Under the pieces are notes generated by a model. That model did no database searches and was not told where the DNA came from. It saw only the letters and a program-made list of their open reading frames with translations. From positions 947-64,946 of the forward strand of contig CAITTG010000079.1 of assembly GCA_903895255.1 (NCBI GenBank): a stretch of 64,000 nt of DNA, read 5' to 3'. The DNA comes from an uncultured Verrucomicrobia subdivision 3 bacterium (GTDB lineage: Bacteria; Verrucomicrobiota; Verrucomicrobiia; Limisphaerales; UBA11358). Below, piece after piece: positions 48,091-57,648 of this stretch. The translations under genes were made by a program, and so were the position numbers. How positions within the stretch are numbered: the stretch's first letter is position 1; each line of letters starts with the position of its first letter.

Positions 48091-48708
48091 ATGAATAAAG
48101 TGCTTAATCAACACGTTCTGGTCCTGAATCGGTTGTGGCAGGCAGTCAATGTTTGCACCGCCCGGCGCGCCCTCACCCTCTTGTTTCAAGGCCAGGCGCA
48201 AGTCGTGCTGAATGACACGGACGGCTCGTTCCGGACCTTCAGCTTTGTCCAATGGCGCGACCTCTCGGAAACCGCCCCCCAAGAGGAGTCGGTCCACGCC
48301 ATTTCCTTCCGCATCCGCGTGCCGCGCATCATCCTGCTGCTGGCCTACGACCGTCTGCCCAAGAAAGAGGTGAAATTCACCCGGCATAATATTTTCGAGC
48401 GCGACAAGAACAAGTGCCAGTACTGCGGCGAAGTGTTCGAGCGCAAGGATTTAAACCTCGACCACGTCATCCCGCGCGACCGCGGCGGCCCGACCACCTG
48501 GGAAAACATCGTGTGCTCGTGCATCGAATGCAACACCCACAAGGCCAACCGCACGCCCTCCGAGGCAGGCATGAATTTGATTCGCAAGCCCAAGCGGCCG
48601 AAATGGCGGCCGTTCGTGCAAATCAGCTTCAGCCTCAACCAGCACGATAGCTGGCGGCACTTCATCGACCTGGCCTACTGGAACGTGGAATTGGGCGAGG
48701 AGTTGTAA
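48091..48708 (+). CDS. HNH endonuclease (McrA-like, stand-alone)
   Basis: VLVLN, IFERDKNKCQYCG, LDHVIPRDRGG and CSCIECNTHK. Confidence 0.9.
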   Translation: MNKVLNQHVLVLNRLWQAVNVCTARRALTLLFQGQAQVVLNDTDGSFRTFSFVQWRDLSETAPQEESVHAISFRIRVPRIILLLAYDRLPKKEVKFTRHNIFERDKNKCQYCGEVFERKDLNLDHVIPRDRGGPTTWENIVCSCIECNTHKANRTPSEAGMNLIRKPKRPKWRPFVQISFSLNQHDSWRHFIDLAYWNVELGEEL

Positions 48709-48745
48709 AACTTCCTGCCGCCCCGTCCCGGGCATCTAATTTCCC

Positions 48746-48771
48746 GTGGCGACGTCTCGGCCGAACGCCGC
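48746..48771. repeat. REP-like palindrome
   Basis: GTGG-CGACGT...ACGCCG-C imperfect hairpin, intergenic. A degenerate heptamer repeat (TTTAGCC/TTCAGCC) follows near 48815-48842. Confidence 0.4.
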
Positions 48772-48906
48772 ATTTCTCGCCCCGCTCTTGATTCGCGCGC
48801 TGACCTAATCGTCATTTAGCCTTTAGCTTCAGCCTTCATCCCTCGCAACCCTCCGCCAACTTTTGTTCGACTTGGCATGCCCACTGTATAGTTTATCCGC
48901 CATCCC

Positions 48907-50073
48907 ATGGCGCGAACGCCCAAAGTTGTGTTGCTGATTGAATCCTCGCGCGGCGCGGGGCGGGCGCTCCTCTGCGGCATCGCCCAATACGCGCATGACC
49001 ACGGGCCTTGGTCCTTTTACTGGGAGCCGCGCGGGCTGGACACCGCCTGGCCGGTTGTGGAATCGCTCGAGGCGGATGGCATCATCCTGCGCGGCGTGGC
49101 CAACCTCGAAAAGTTACTGGCCCTGGGGGTGCCCACCGTGGTGGCGGGGCACCGCAGCGATGTGGCGAGCGGCTTTGTCAACCTTGTCACGGATTCCGCC
49201 ACTATCGCCCGGCTGGCGGCCGAACACCTCCTGGAATGCGGCTTCAAGCACTTTGCCTATTGCGGTTTTCAGGACACCCGCTTGGAGCATACCAACTGGT
49301 CACGGCAACGGCAGGCGTCCTTTGCGGAGCGCATCCTGGCCGCCGGCCTGGACTCCCCCCCCAGTTACACGCTGGCCCCGCTGAATCAAAACTGGAGCCG
49401 GGAGCGCTCCGAGCTCGCCCGCTGGCTGTCCCGGCTCCCCAAACCCGTTGGTATTATGGCCTGCAACGACGACTGCGGCGTGCAGGTGATGGAAGCCTGC
49501 AAACTGGCCGGTTTGAAAGTGCCGGAGGTCGTGGGCGTGGTGGGGGTGGACAATGACGAGGTTGTCTGCGGGCTGGCCGATCCCCCCATGTCCAGCGTGG
49601 TGGTGCAGTTTGAAAACGCCGGCTACCTGGCTGCCCAGGCACTGGACCGTTTGATGAAACGGCGTAAAGCCATCCCCGGCCAGATTTTGGTGTCCGCCTC
49701 CCATGTGTGCACGCGCCGGTCCACGGACACCCTGGCCATCGAGGATCCGCATCTCGCCCGGGCCTTGCGCCACATTCGCAGCCAGGTGGCCACCAATCTG
49801 GGCGTGGACGACGTCGCGCAGGTCACCGGCATTTCCCGGCGGGGGTTGGAGCGGCTGTTCCGTCGGCACACGGGCGGCTCCATCCTGGACGCCATTCGGC
49901 GGGAGCGCACCGGTCAGATCGCCCGGATGCTGGTGGAGACGGAATTATCCATCCGCCAGATTGCCGATGCCATGGGCTTTCCGGACACCCAGCATTTTGC
50001 GCGCTATTTTCGGACCGTCAAAAAAATCAGTCCGCTGCTCTGGCGCCGCAAGTTTGCCCGGCCACAGTCGTAA
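48907..50073 (+). CDS. XylR-family regulator (periplasmic-binding-like sensor plus AraC HTH)
   Basis: LLIESSR, HFAYCG, LPKPVGIMACND, GVDND and a C-terminal AraC domain. Confidence 0.9.
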   Translation: MARTPKVVLLIESSRGAGRALLCGIAQYAHDHGPWSFYWEPRGLDTAWPVVESLEADGIILRGVANLEKLLALGVPTVVAGHRSDVASGFVNLVTDSATIARLAAEHLLECGFKHFAYCGFQDTRLEHTNWSRQRQASFAERILAAGLDSPPSYTLAPLNQNWSRERSELARWLSRLPKPVGIMACNDDCGVQVMEACKLAGLKVPEVVGVVGVDNDEVVCGLADPPMSSVVVQFENAGYLAAQALDRLMKRRKAIPGQILVSASHVCTRRSTDTLAIEDPHLARALRHIRSQVATNLGVDDVAQVTGISRRGLERLFRRHTGGSILDAIRRERTGQIARMLVETELSIRQIADAMGFPDTQHFARYFRTVKKISPLLWRRKFARPQS

Positions 50074-50101
50074 AATGGTGGTTAATTTGCGCAAATTGGT
50101 G
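50069..50101 (+). promoter_or_regulatory. Candidate XylR/AraC direct-repeat operator
   Basis: CGTAAAATGGTG (50069) and CGCAAATTGGTG (50090): 10 of 12 identical with a 21-bp period. Confidence 0.55.
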
Positions 50102-50265
50102 TTGTTTGGCGCCCGCATCCGCCGTAAGTTTAGCTCACAAACCCAATTAGTCTGAAGCGGAAGAGCCGTCAACTGGCCCTTGACCTCATCCCTTTTATTA
50201 TAACCAGTGATATATCAGTAGTTTGACCGTCCTAAACAAACCTTGGTTGCATCAACCCCATCCCT

Positions 50266-53200
50266 ATGAACACCCTTATGACACCCAAATCATCCTTCTT
50301 AACCGCCCCGCCCTGGCGGACTTTGGCGGCTTTGCTCGCCGCGCTGGCCCTGGCCGACACCACCCAGGCTTCCCAGAAATCCTGGCTCGGTGGCGCCACC
50401 GACAACAATTGGGCCTCCGGTGGCAACTGGGTCGGTGCCGTGGCCCCGGTGAACAATGACAGCGTTTTGTTCAGTGGCACCCAGCGCACCCTCAATACCA
50501 ACAACATTACCGGGCTGACCCTGGGGGGCTTTGCGTTCAACAATTCGCTCTTTACCATTGCGGGCAATCTGGTCACCAACACCGGGGGGATTTACGACAA
50601 TGCCGGCAATAACACGAACAACCTGCCGATTTACTGGCAAGGCAGTCAGGGCATCACCAATGCCGTGTCTGGCACCGTCCTGCAACTGGGCGGCACCCAG
50701 GTAAGCCTGGGCACCGCGAATGTGCTCACCTTTGGCGGTCCGGGTAACATTTATATGACGGGCCTCCTGAGCAGCAATGCCGCCGTGAATATTAATGGCG
50801 ACGGCGCGGGCAACGGGTTCGTCCGCTGGTCGGCGGCCAACACCTTTGTGGGGTCCCTGACCATCAATTCCGGCACCCTGCAACTGGCCAATGCGGCGGC
50901 CATTCCCAGCGGCAACGGTTTTGGTGACGTGACCAACAACGCCATCCTGGATTTGAACGGCAACAGTGAGACTATCAATGGTTTGTTCGGCAGCGGTACG
51001 GTGGACAACGTCACCAGCGCCGCCTCCATCATCCTTACCGTGGGCAACAATCCCACCAACACCGGCGGCAATTTCTTCTTTAACGGGAACCTGCAAAATA
51101 CCAGCGGCAAAATTGGTCTCACCAAGGTGAACACCAACATCTTTTTCCTGGGCGGCTCGCCGACTTACGCCGGCGTGACCACGGTCAGCGCGGGGACGCT
51201 GGCGCTGACCAATGGAGCGGGACTCCCCAACTCCTCCGCCATCACGGTGGCACCCGGGGCTGTGCTGGACCTGACGGCCGGTGGCTTCTCCCTGGCCTCG
51301 GGCCAGACGCTGACGGCGGGGCGCGCCACCAATAATGGTCCGGTGGACATTTTTGGCGATCCGCAAAGCAGCGGGGCCATCAACATTTACAAGGCGGGGG
51401 CGGCGGGCACCCTTACCTTGAGCAGTGGCCTGACCCTCAACGGTGGCATCATTAATTATGATCTGGCGAACAGCACGGCCATCGGCGGCGGCACCAACGA
51501 CTTGATCATGCTCAACGGCTCCTTGAATTTGAATAGTGCGACCACCATCCGCCTCAACCCGGTTTCCGGGTCGTTCGCCGTGGGCAGCTATACCTTGATC
51601 TCCAACCGCACGGCCACGGTTTCCGGTTCGGTGGCCAACTTGACCGTGGAGACCCCCCGGGGTATTACCGCCACCTTGGACGGCACAACGCATCCAGGCA
51701 GCCTGCTGGTGGGCATCACCGGTTCCTCCAGCCCGGTGGCCCTCCTGTGGTCCGGCTCCATCAGTGGTGACTGGGATGTCAATCTGACGAAAAACTGGAC
51801 CAGTAACAACGTGCCCGATTATTTCTACAACCTCGACAACGTGGTGTTCGACGATTCCTCGAGCAACGCCACCATCAACCTGCCTTCCGGCGTTTCCCCC
51901 TTCAACACGCTGATCAGCAATTCCTCGAGCAACTATATCTTTGCCGGGGTGGGCTCCATCACCGGTTCGGGCGGTTTGACCAAGACTGGCACCGCGCAAG
52001 CGACCTTCCGCAATGCCAACAGCTACCTGGGCAACACCACCGTGAATGGCGGCTTGCTCTTCCTGGATATCCTCAACTCCGGCAGCGTGGTTAATCAGAT
52101 CCTTTACAGCGGGGTCACGCCCGGCACGCTCGTGATGGGCGGCGGCACTTTCCAAACCGGTAACCGGGGTAACACTACCTCCTATCAGCAGTTTGGGTCG
52201 ACCACGTTGAATCCGGGGGCTTCCATCATTAACCAGAACACCCGTATTTCGGGCGGTGCCCCAGCCATCTATCTGGGGGCCATCACCCGTAATCCCGGGG
52301 CCACGACCGACTTTGGTCCCAACGTGGGCAGCGGCGGCTCGCAGACCGTCAATACCGTCGGTATCTTTACCACGACGGCTAATAATAACACCACCGCCTC
52401 TGGTATTCTGGGCGGCTATGCCACCTACAACGCCGGTGAGTTTGCCCGCGTGAATACCTCCGCCGGCGCGCAGGGCGGCTTCCACATTTATGGGGGTGCA
52501 ACGTATGTAAATCTGTTTGGGGCCAATACCAACACCGATATGACGGCCGATCTCACGGCCGCCATCAACACCAACACGATGTCGGTGCGTTTCGCCGCGG
52601 CTTCCGCCCGCACGCTGACCCTGGCCGGTACCAACACCATCACTTCCGGTGCCGTGCTGGTGACCAGCGCGGTGGGGGCGAACCAGTCCACCATCACCGG
52701 GGGCGTGGCGTTGACCTCCGGGAATGGCCAGGATTTGATCGTGCATCAGTACGACGTGACCGGCAACCTGCTGATTAATTCCACCATCACCGACAACGGC
52801 AGCACCAGCCTGGGCTTCACCAAAGCCGGCAACGGCACGGCCATTCTGGCGGGCAACAACACCTACTCCGGCGTGACTTACATCAACGCCGGCACGCTGC
52901 AGGTGGGCAACGGGGGCACGGTCGGCAGCATTTCCACCTCCACCGGCGTGACCAATCGCGGCACCCTGGTGTTCAAGCACTCGGACAACATCAGCTTCGG
53001 CCTTCCCATCGCCGGTTCCGGCGGCTTGAGCCAGCTGGGCACGGGCAGCCTCACCCTCACAGCGAACAATGGTTTCTCCGGTGCCACCTACATCAATGCC
53101 GGCAGCACCCTGCAACTGGGCACGGGCGGCACGGCCGGCACCCTGGGCACCACCGCGAGCATCGCGGACAATGGCAGCCTGATTTATAATCACTCGGACA

Positions 53201-56200
53201 ACCTCAGCTATCCGGGCGCGATCAGCGGGGCGGGTTCGCTCACCTTGCAGGGCACCGGCAAAGTCACCCTGGGTGGCACAAATCTATACTCCGGTGGCAC
53301 CTTTATTAACTCCGGCACCCTGGCCTTGGGGGCTAATGCCTCCATCTCCAACACCATCGCCATTGTGGTGGCGGGCGGCAGTTCGTTGGATGTCTCCGCT
53401 CCGGGCTCCCTGACCCTCTCCGGCGGCACGGTCAACCAGGTGCTGGCGGGCTCGGGCACCGTCATTGGCAGTCTCGTCACCTCCGCCGGCACCGGCGCGG
53501 GCACCCGTATCACTCCCGGCACCAATGGGGTTTACGGCACCCTGACCATCAACAACGCCCTGACCTTGAACGGCGGCACTCTCAACTTGGACGTCTCCAC
53601 CGGTTCCAAGGACTTGATAGTGGTGGGCGGCAACCTGGCCATTAACGCGGGCACCGTCGCTTTAAACGTCAGCGGCACGCTCCCCGTCGGCAGCTACAAG
53701 CTCATTCAATATGCCGGTGCCCTGAGCGGTTCCGCGGGCAACCTGGTGGTGAGTGGCTTTGCGCAGAGTGGTTCCGTGGCCTCCCTGAGCAGCGCGACTC
53801 CGGGTGAAATTGACCTCGTCATCAGCAGCTATGTCCCGGTGAATCTCACCTGGCAGGGCGATGGCGGCAACAATTACTGGGATGTGCTGACCAGTGCGGA
53901 CTGGCTGAGCGGCAGCACCCCCGCCACGTACCATCAGTATGACAACACCACCTTTAACGATTCCTCGGCGAATACGACCGTGAACCTGCAGACGGTCGTG
54001 ACGCCGAGCCAGATCACGATCAATGGCACGGCCAACAGCTACACTTTTCAGGGCTCCGGCTCGATTGGCGCGGGCAACCTCACGGTGAACAATCCCAATA
54101 CCACGACCATCCTCACGGCGAACAGTTCCAGCGGCCTGACCACGATCAACGCCGGCACGTTGCAACTTGGCAACGGCACCACTGCGGGTTTGCTGGGCGC
54201 CGGGGTGGTGAGCAACAATGCTGCGCTGGTCTTCAATGAACCGGCCAACGAAGTGGTGGGCAATGTGCTCAGCGGCGCTGGCTCGGTGACCCACTCGGAT
54301 GCCAACACCTTGAGCCTCGTCGGTAACAATCCCATGACGGGACCGGTCACCATCAGCGCCGGCATTCTGCAGGTGGGGGTGGGTGGCGGCTCGGGCACCC
54401 TGGGCAGCGGGCCGGTCAGCGACAACAGCACCCTGGAAATTTCCCGCGCCGGCACGGTGACGGTGGCCAATGCCATCAGCGGCTCGGGCGATGTTATTGT
54501 GGATGGTCCCGGCACCGTCACGCTCAGTGGCGCCAACTCCTACGTTAACAATACCTACATCAGCAACGGCGTGGTAAAACTCGGCAGCTCCTCGGCCATT
54601 CCCTTCGGCGGGGCGACCACCGGCTGGCTGGTTCTGGATGGCGGGGCCACCGCGGCGGGCACCCTGGACTTGAATGGCTTTAACGCCGAAGTCAACGCTC
54701 TCTCTGGTTTGACGGCCACGACGGTCGGGCAGATCCTCAACAATGGCGGCACCGGCACCAACACCCTGACGGTGGATGAAATCGCCGCGACCACCTTCGC
54801 CGGTGACATTCTGGACAATAACGGTTCCGGCGGCAAAGTGGCCTTGGTCATGAATGGCGCGAATGTCCTGACCCTCACTCCCGGCGGCAACGGCAGCAGC
54901 TACAGCGGCGGCACCTGGCTCAACAACGGCACCATCAGTGGTGGCTCGAGCACCACGGCCAACAATAACATGCTCGGCACCGGGCCGCTCACGTTCGGGA
55001 CCAACGGCACCCTGCAAATGGCGGGTTGGACCGGCAGCACCTCGCCGGACTATGGCACGCTGGCCAATCCCATCATCGTCCCAAGCAACGTGGTCGCCAC
55101 GGTTCTCGGTTCCTGCCGCGCCGGCGGCGGGTTAAGCCCGGCGTATGCGACGGGTGCCACCAACAGTGTTCTGGTTTACATCACCCGCTATGTGCGCGGG
55201 AATGTTGGCGGTAACTGGAACGGTTTCTTTGGCACGTTCATGGCCAGCAACAACGCGAGTTCCGCAGGCAATGACTTCCGGTTGAACACCGGCACGGGCT
55301 TCCCGAATGCCCGCCTCTTGCTCGCTCCGAACGCCTACATGTACAACATCTTTGGTGGCACGCCCAATATCCCCATCGGCGAGCTCGATGGCGACTCCAC
55401 GACGACCATCGCGCTGAATTCCGGCGGTGGCGGTTTGGTGGCCCGGTTTGTCGTGGGCGGCTTGAACACCAGTTCGGAGTTTGATGGCAATATCACGGAT
55501 ACCCACGGGATCATCAAGGTTGGCACCGGCACCCTGACCCTCGGCGGCGCCACCCTGAGTTACACCGGTCCCACCACCGTGAGCAATGGTGTGATCGCCC
55601 TCACGGCCTCGGCCACACTTTCCGCCAGCACGCCGATTACCGTGGCCGCTCCCGGCGTTCTGGATGTCTCCGCTGGCGGTACCCTGACATTGGGCGCGCA
55701 AACCTTCCAGGGCGACAGCATTCTCCGCGGCAGTCTCGCCACCGCAGCCGGCAGCACGGTCTCGCCGGGCGGGGCCAATGCCCTGGCCACCCTTACCGTC
55801 ACCAACGACCTGAACCTCGCGGGTACGGCAGTGATGGAACTCAACCGGACCAATACTCCGGGTAATTGCGACAAGCTGGTGGCCCACACGATTGAGGCGG
55901 GCGGCACCCTTCAGGTCAACAACCTGGGACCGGACCTGCACACCGGCGACCGTTTCCAATTGTTTAGTACCAACATCACCGGCGCCTTTGCGGTCACCAA
56001 CCTGCCCATCACCACCAGCAGCGGCAGCATCACTTATGTTTGGCAAAACCACCTCGCCGTGGACGGCTCCATCTCCGTCCTGGTCGGGGTGCCGAATGTG
56101 AACACCACGCCCACCAACATTACCTCCAGCGTCTCGGGCAACGTCCTGACCCTCTCCTGGCCCGCCGACCATACCGGATGGCGCTTGCAAGAGCAGACCA

Positions 56201-56334
56201 ACAGTCTGGCCGTCGGTTTGAGCACCAGCACCAATGCCTGGATCACGGTGCCTGACTCATCCTCGGTCAATACCATCAACCTGCCCATCGACCCGAACTT
56301 GCCGACCGTGTTTTATCGCTTGGTTTATCCGTAA
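50266..56334 (+). CDS. 2022-aa secreted beta-strand-repeat (autotransporter passenger-like) protein without a beta-barrel; FYRL C-terminus
   Basis: Many G.LTK.G.GT..L...N.YSG.T.(I/V)..GTL repeats, G/T/N/S-rich, signal peptide; ends LSWP...W...PTVFYRLVYP. Confidence 0.88.
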   Translation: MNTLMTPKSSFLTAPPWRTLAALLAALALADTTQASQKSWLGGATDNNWASGGNWVGAVAPVNNDSVLFSGTQRTLNTNNITGLTLGGFAFNNSLFTIAGNLVTNTGGIYDNAGNNTNNLPIYWQGSQGITNAVSGTVLQLGGTQVSLGTANVLTFGGPGNIYMTGLLSSNAAVNINGDGAGNGFVRWSAANTFVGSLTINSGTLQLANAAAIPSGNGFGDVTNNAILDLNGNSETINGLFGSGTVDNVTSAASIILTVGNNPTNTGGNFFFNGNLQNTSGKIGLTKVNTNIFFLGGSPTYAGVTTVSAGTLALTNGAGLPNSSAITVAPGAVLDLTAGGFSLASGQTLTAGRATNNGPVDIFGDPQSSGAINIYKAGAAGTLTLSSGLTLNGGIINYDLANSTAIGGGTNDLIMLNGSLNLNSATTIRLNPVSGSFAVGSYTLISNRTATVSGSVANLTVETPRGITATLDGTTHPGSLLVGITGSSSPVALLWSGSISGDWDVNLTKNWTSNNVPDYFYNLDNVVFDDSSSNATINLPSGVSPFNTLISNSSSNYIFAGVGSITGSGGLTKTGTAQATFRNANSYLGNTTVNGGLLFLDILNSGSVVNQILYSGVTPGTLVMGGGTFQTGNRGNTTSYQQFGSTTLNPGASIINQNTRISGGAPAIYLGAITRNPGATTDFGPNVGSGGSQTVNTVGIFTTTANNNTTASGILGGYATYNAGEFARVNTSAGAQGGFHIYGGATYVNLFGANTNTDMTADLTAAINTNTMSVRFAAASARTLTLAGTNTITSGAVLVTSAVGANQSTITGGVALTSGNGQDLIVHQYDVTGNLLINSTITDNGSTSLGFTKAGNGTAILAGNNTYSGVTYINAGTLQVGNGGTVGSISTSTGVTNRGTLVFKHSDNISFGLPIAGSGGLSQLGTGSLTLTANNGFSGATYINAGSTLQLGTGGTAGTLGTTASIADNGSLIYNHSDNLSYPGAISGAGSLTLQGTGKVTLGGTNLYSGGTFINSGTLALGANASISNTIAIVVAGGSSLDVSAPGSLTLSGGTVNQVLAGSGTVIGSLVTSAGTGAGTRITPGTNGVYGTLTINNALTLNGGTLNLDVSTGSKDLIVVGGNLAINAGTVALNVSGTLPVGSYKLIQYAGALSGSAGNLVVSGFAQSGSVASLSSATPGEIDLVISSYVPVNLTWQGDGGNNYWDVLTSADWLSGSTPATYHQYDNTTFNDSSANTTVNLQTVVTPSQITINGTANSYTFQGSGSIGAGNLTVNNPNTTTILTANSSSGLTTINAGTLQLGNGTTAGLLGAGVVSNNAALVFNEPANEVVGNVLSGAGSVTHSDANTLSLVGNNPMTGPVTISAGILQVGVGGGSGTLGSGPVSDNSTLEISRAGTVTVANAISGSGDVIVDGPGTVTLSGANSYVNNTYISNGVVKLGSSSAIPFGGATTGWLVLDGGATAAGTLDLNGFNAEVNALSGLTATTVGQILNNGGTGTNTLTVDEIAATTFAGDILDNNGSGGKVALVMNGANVLTLTPGGNGSSYSGGTWLNNGTISGGSSTTANNNMLGTGPLTFGTNGTLQMAGWTGSTSPDYGTLANPIIVPSNVVATVLGSCRAGGGLSPAYATGATNSVLVYITRYVRGNVGGNWNGFFGTFMASNNASSAGNDFRLNTGTGFPNARLLLAPNAYMYNIFGGTPNIPIGELDGDSTTTIALNSGGGGLVARFVVGGLNTSSEFDGNITDTHGIIKVGTGTLTLGGATLSYTGPTTVSNGVIALTASATLSASTPITVAAPGVLDVSAGGTLTLGAQTFQGDSILRGSLATAAGSTVSPGGANALATLTVTNDLNLAGTAVMELNRTNTPGNCDKLVAHTIEAGGTLQVNNLGPDLHTGDRFQLFSTNITGAFAVTNLPITTSSGSITYVWQNHLAVDGSISVLVGVPNVNTTPTNITSSVSGNVLTLSWPADHTGWRLQEQTNSLAVGLSTSTNAWITVPDSSSVNTINLPIDPNLPTVFYRLVYP

Positions 56335-56350
56335 ACCACGCTGTCTCCCA

Positions 56351-56383
56351 GGCCTGCCGGCGGCAACGCCGGCAGGCCTTTTT
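56351..56383 (+). terminator. Strong rho-independent terminator
   Basis: GGCCTGCCGGCG GCAA CGCCGGCAGGCC TTTTT. Confidence 0.85.
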
Positions 56384-56398
56384 CATTCCCCGGCCGCT

Positions 56399-56533
56399 CG
56401 TCGCGGTGCGACGTTCCGACCGTAGTCGTGTGGCTTCAGCCCACGGAAGGATTTCCCCGGTGGCGCACGTTTCTAAACCTGCCGTGGTCGCCGCACGCTG
56501 ATGGCCAGGGTGGGACAGGCTTCCAGCCTGTCC
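56399..56533. repeat. Cluster of different REP-like palindromes
   Basis: CGTCGCGGTGCGACG; GTAG-TCGTGTGGCTTCAGCCCACGG; GTGG-CGCACGTTTCTAAACCTGC; GTGG-GACAGGCTTCCAGCCTGTCC. Confidence 0.55.
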
Positions 56534-56710
56534 GGCGAGCTCCCCAGCCCGAGCCAAACACCCCTGTTATTCCGCACCGTCCAACTTTTCCCGTCATTGG
56601 TCGGGGGCAGTGCCCCAAGCTGCGCTCACCGGGCGGGTCGGATGAACATCCGATAGGAAATTCTTCCCCAGCGGTTTAAGGTATTTATTACACATCGCCC
56701 AAATTATTGT

Positions 56711-57556
56711 ATGTTGAACCCAAAGTTTAAGCCCGTTTCCCCGACCCGCCGCCAGGGTTTCACCCTGATCGAACTCTTGGTGGTGATCGCCATCATTGCC
56801 ATCCTGGCCGCCATGTTGCTTCCGGCTCTGGCCGCAGCCAAGGAGAAGGCCAAGCGCATCCAGTGTGTCAACGGTTTGAAGCAAATGTATTTGGGTTGCA
56901 CCATTTATGCCGGCGACAGCGATGACTGGTATCCCACTTGGGGCGGCGATGCCCTCAACACGCGCACCAAAAACGTCATCGATCTTTCGAATTATATCCG
57001 TTGGGTGGTCTTTGGTGGCCCTATTAATGGCGGTCATGTCGCCCAGTCAGAATCGGTCATTAACGCCCAAGGCGCCCAGTTTGAAAACTTGGGGTACCTT
57101 TACCCGGCCAAACTCGTTGGTGATGGTCGGCTGTTCTTTTGCCCTAGTTACCCGGTCGGTTCACCCCTGGCTGGTGACGATTATTCTTCCGCCGGTTATC
57201 TAAGCTATGGCAATGTCAATGGCTCCGGCGGCATCCGCTGCAGTTACACCTACAACCCGTTGGTGGTCACGGATGGCTCCGGCACCGCCACCACGGCCTT
57301 GCGGCAGTATCAAAAAGCCAACAGTGTCAAAGGTCGTCATACCTTTATGTTGGATTACATCGACACGCAAATGACCAATCCCAGCTATTTTGCCCATTAT
57401 AAGTCCCGGGGCTGGAATATGGCTTTCACCGATGGGTCCGTTGCCTTCAGCAAGCCCGATCCGATTACTTTTAGCAAGGTCTATGCCGGCAACCCCACCT
57501 CGATCGGGGCTTTGACCGATATTTACCTGCCCATTTTGGAACAGTCGGCCAATTAA
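56711..57556 (+). CDS. Prepilin-type N-terminal cleavage/methylation protein (H-Xn-DG variant)
   Basis: [31 protein letters not shown] and [16 protein letters not shown]. Confidence 0.9.
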   Translation: MLNPKFKPVSPTRRQGFTLIELLVVIAIIAILAAMLLPALAAAKEKAKRIQCVNGLKQMYLGCTIYAGDSDDWYPTWGGDALNTRTKNVIDLSNYIRWVVFGGPINGGHVAQSESVINAQGAQFENLGYLYPAKLVGDGRLFFCPSYPVGSPLAGDDYSSAGYLSYGNVNGSGGIRCSYTYNPLVVTDGSGTATTALRQYQKANSVKGRHTFMLDYIDTQMTNPSYFAHYKSRGWNMAFTDGSVAFSKPDPITFSKVYAGNPTSIGALTDIYLPILEQSAN

Positions 57557-57598
57557 CTGATGCCAGGCAGAATTTGATGGGGATCGTCTTACCATGCA

Positions 57599-57643
57599 AA
57601 TCCCCGGCCGCCTGCATCCGGCGGCCGGGGATTGTGCTTTTTT
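57599..57643. terminator. Probable bidirectional terminator
   Basis: AATCCCCGGCCGCC...GGCGGCCGGGGATT between convergent genes. Confidence 0.7.
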
Positions 57644-57648
57644 AATGC

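Noticed and set aside
48091-48708. HNH gene as part of a defence or mobile system
   Set aside because: No methylase, cas, retron, intron or phage context; it looks like the common stand-alone HNH family.
50299-53193. 964-aa antisense ORF and other long antisense ORFs (e.g. 18306-19862, 24598-26013, 32946-34421, 53662-55017)
   Set aside because: They are shadows of real genes caused by high-GC codon bias and contain no recognisable motifs.
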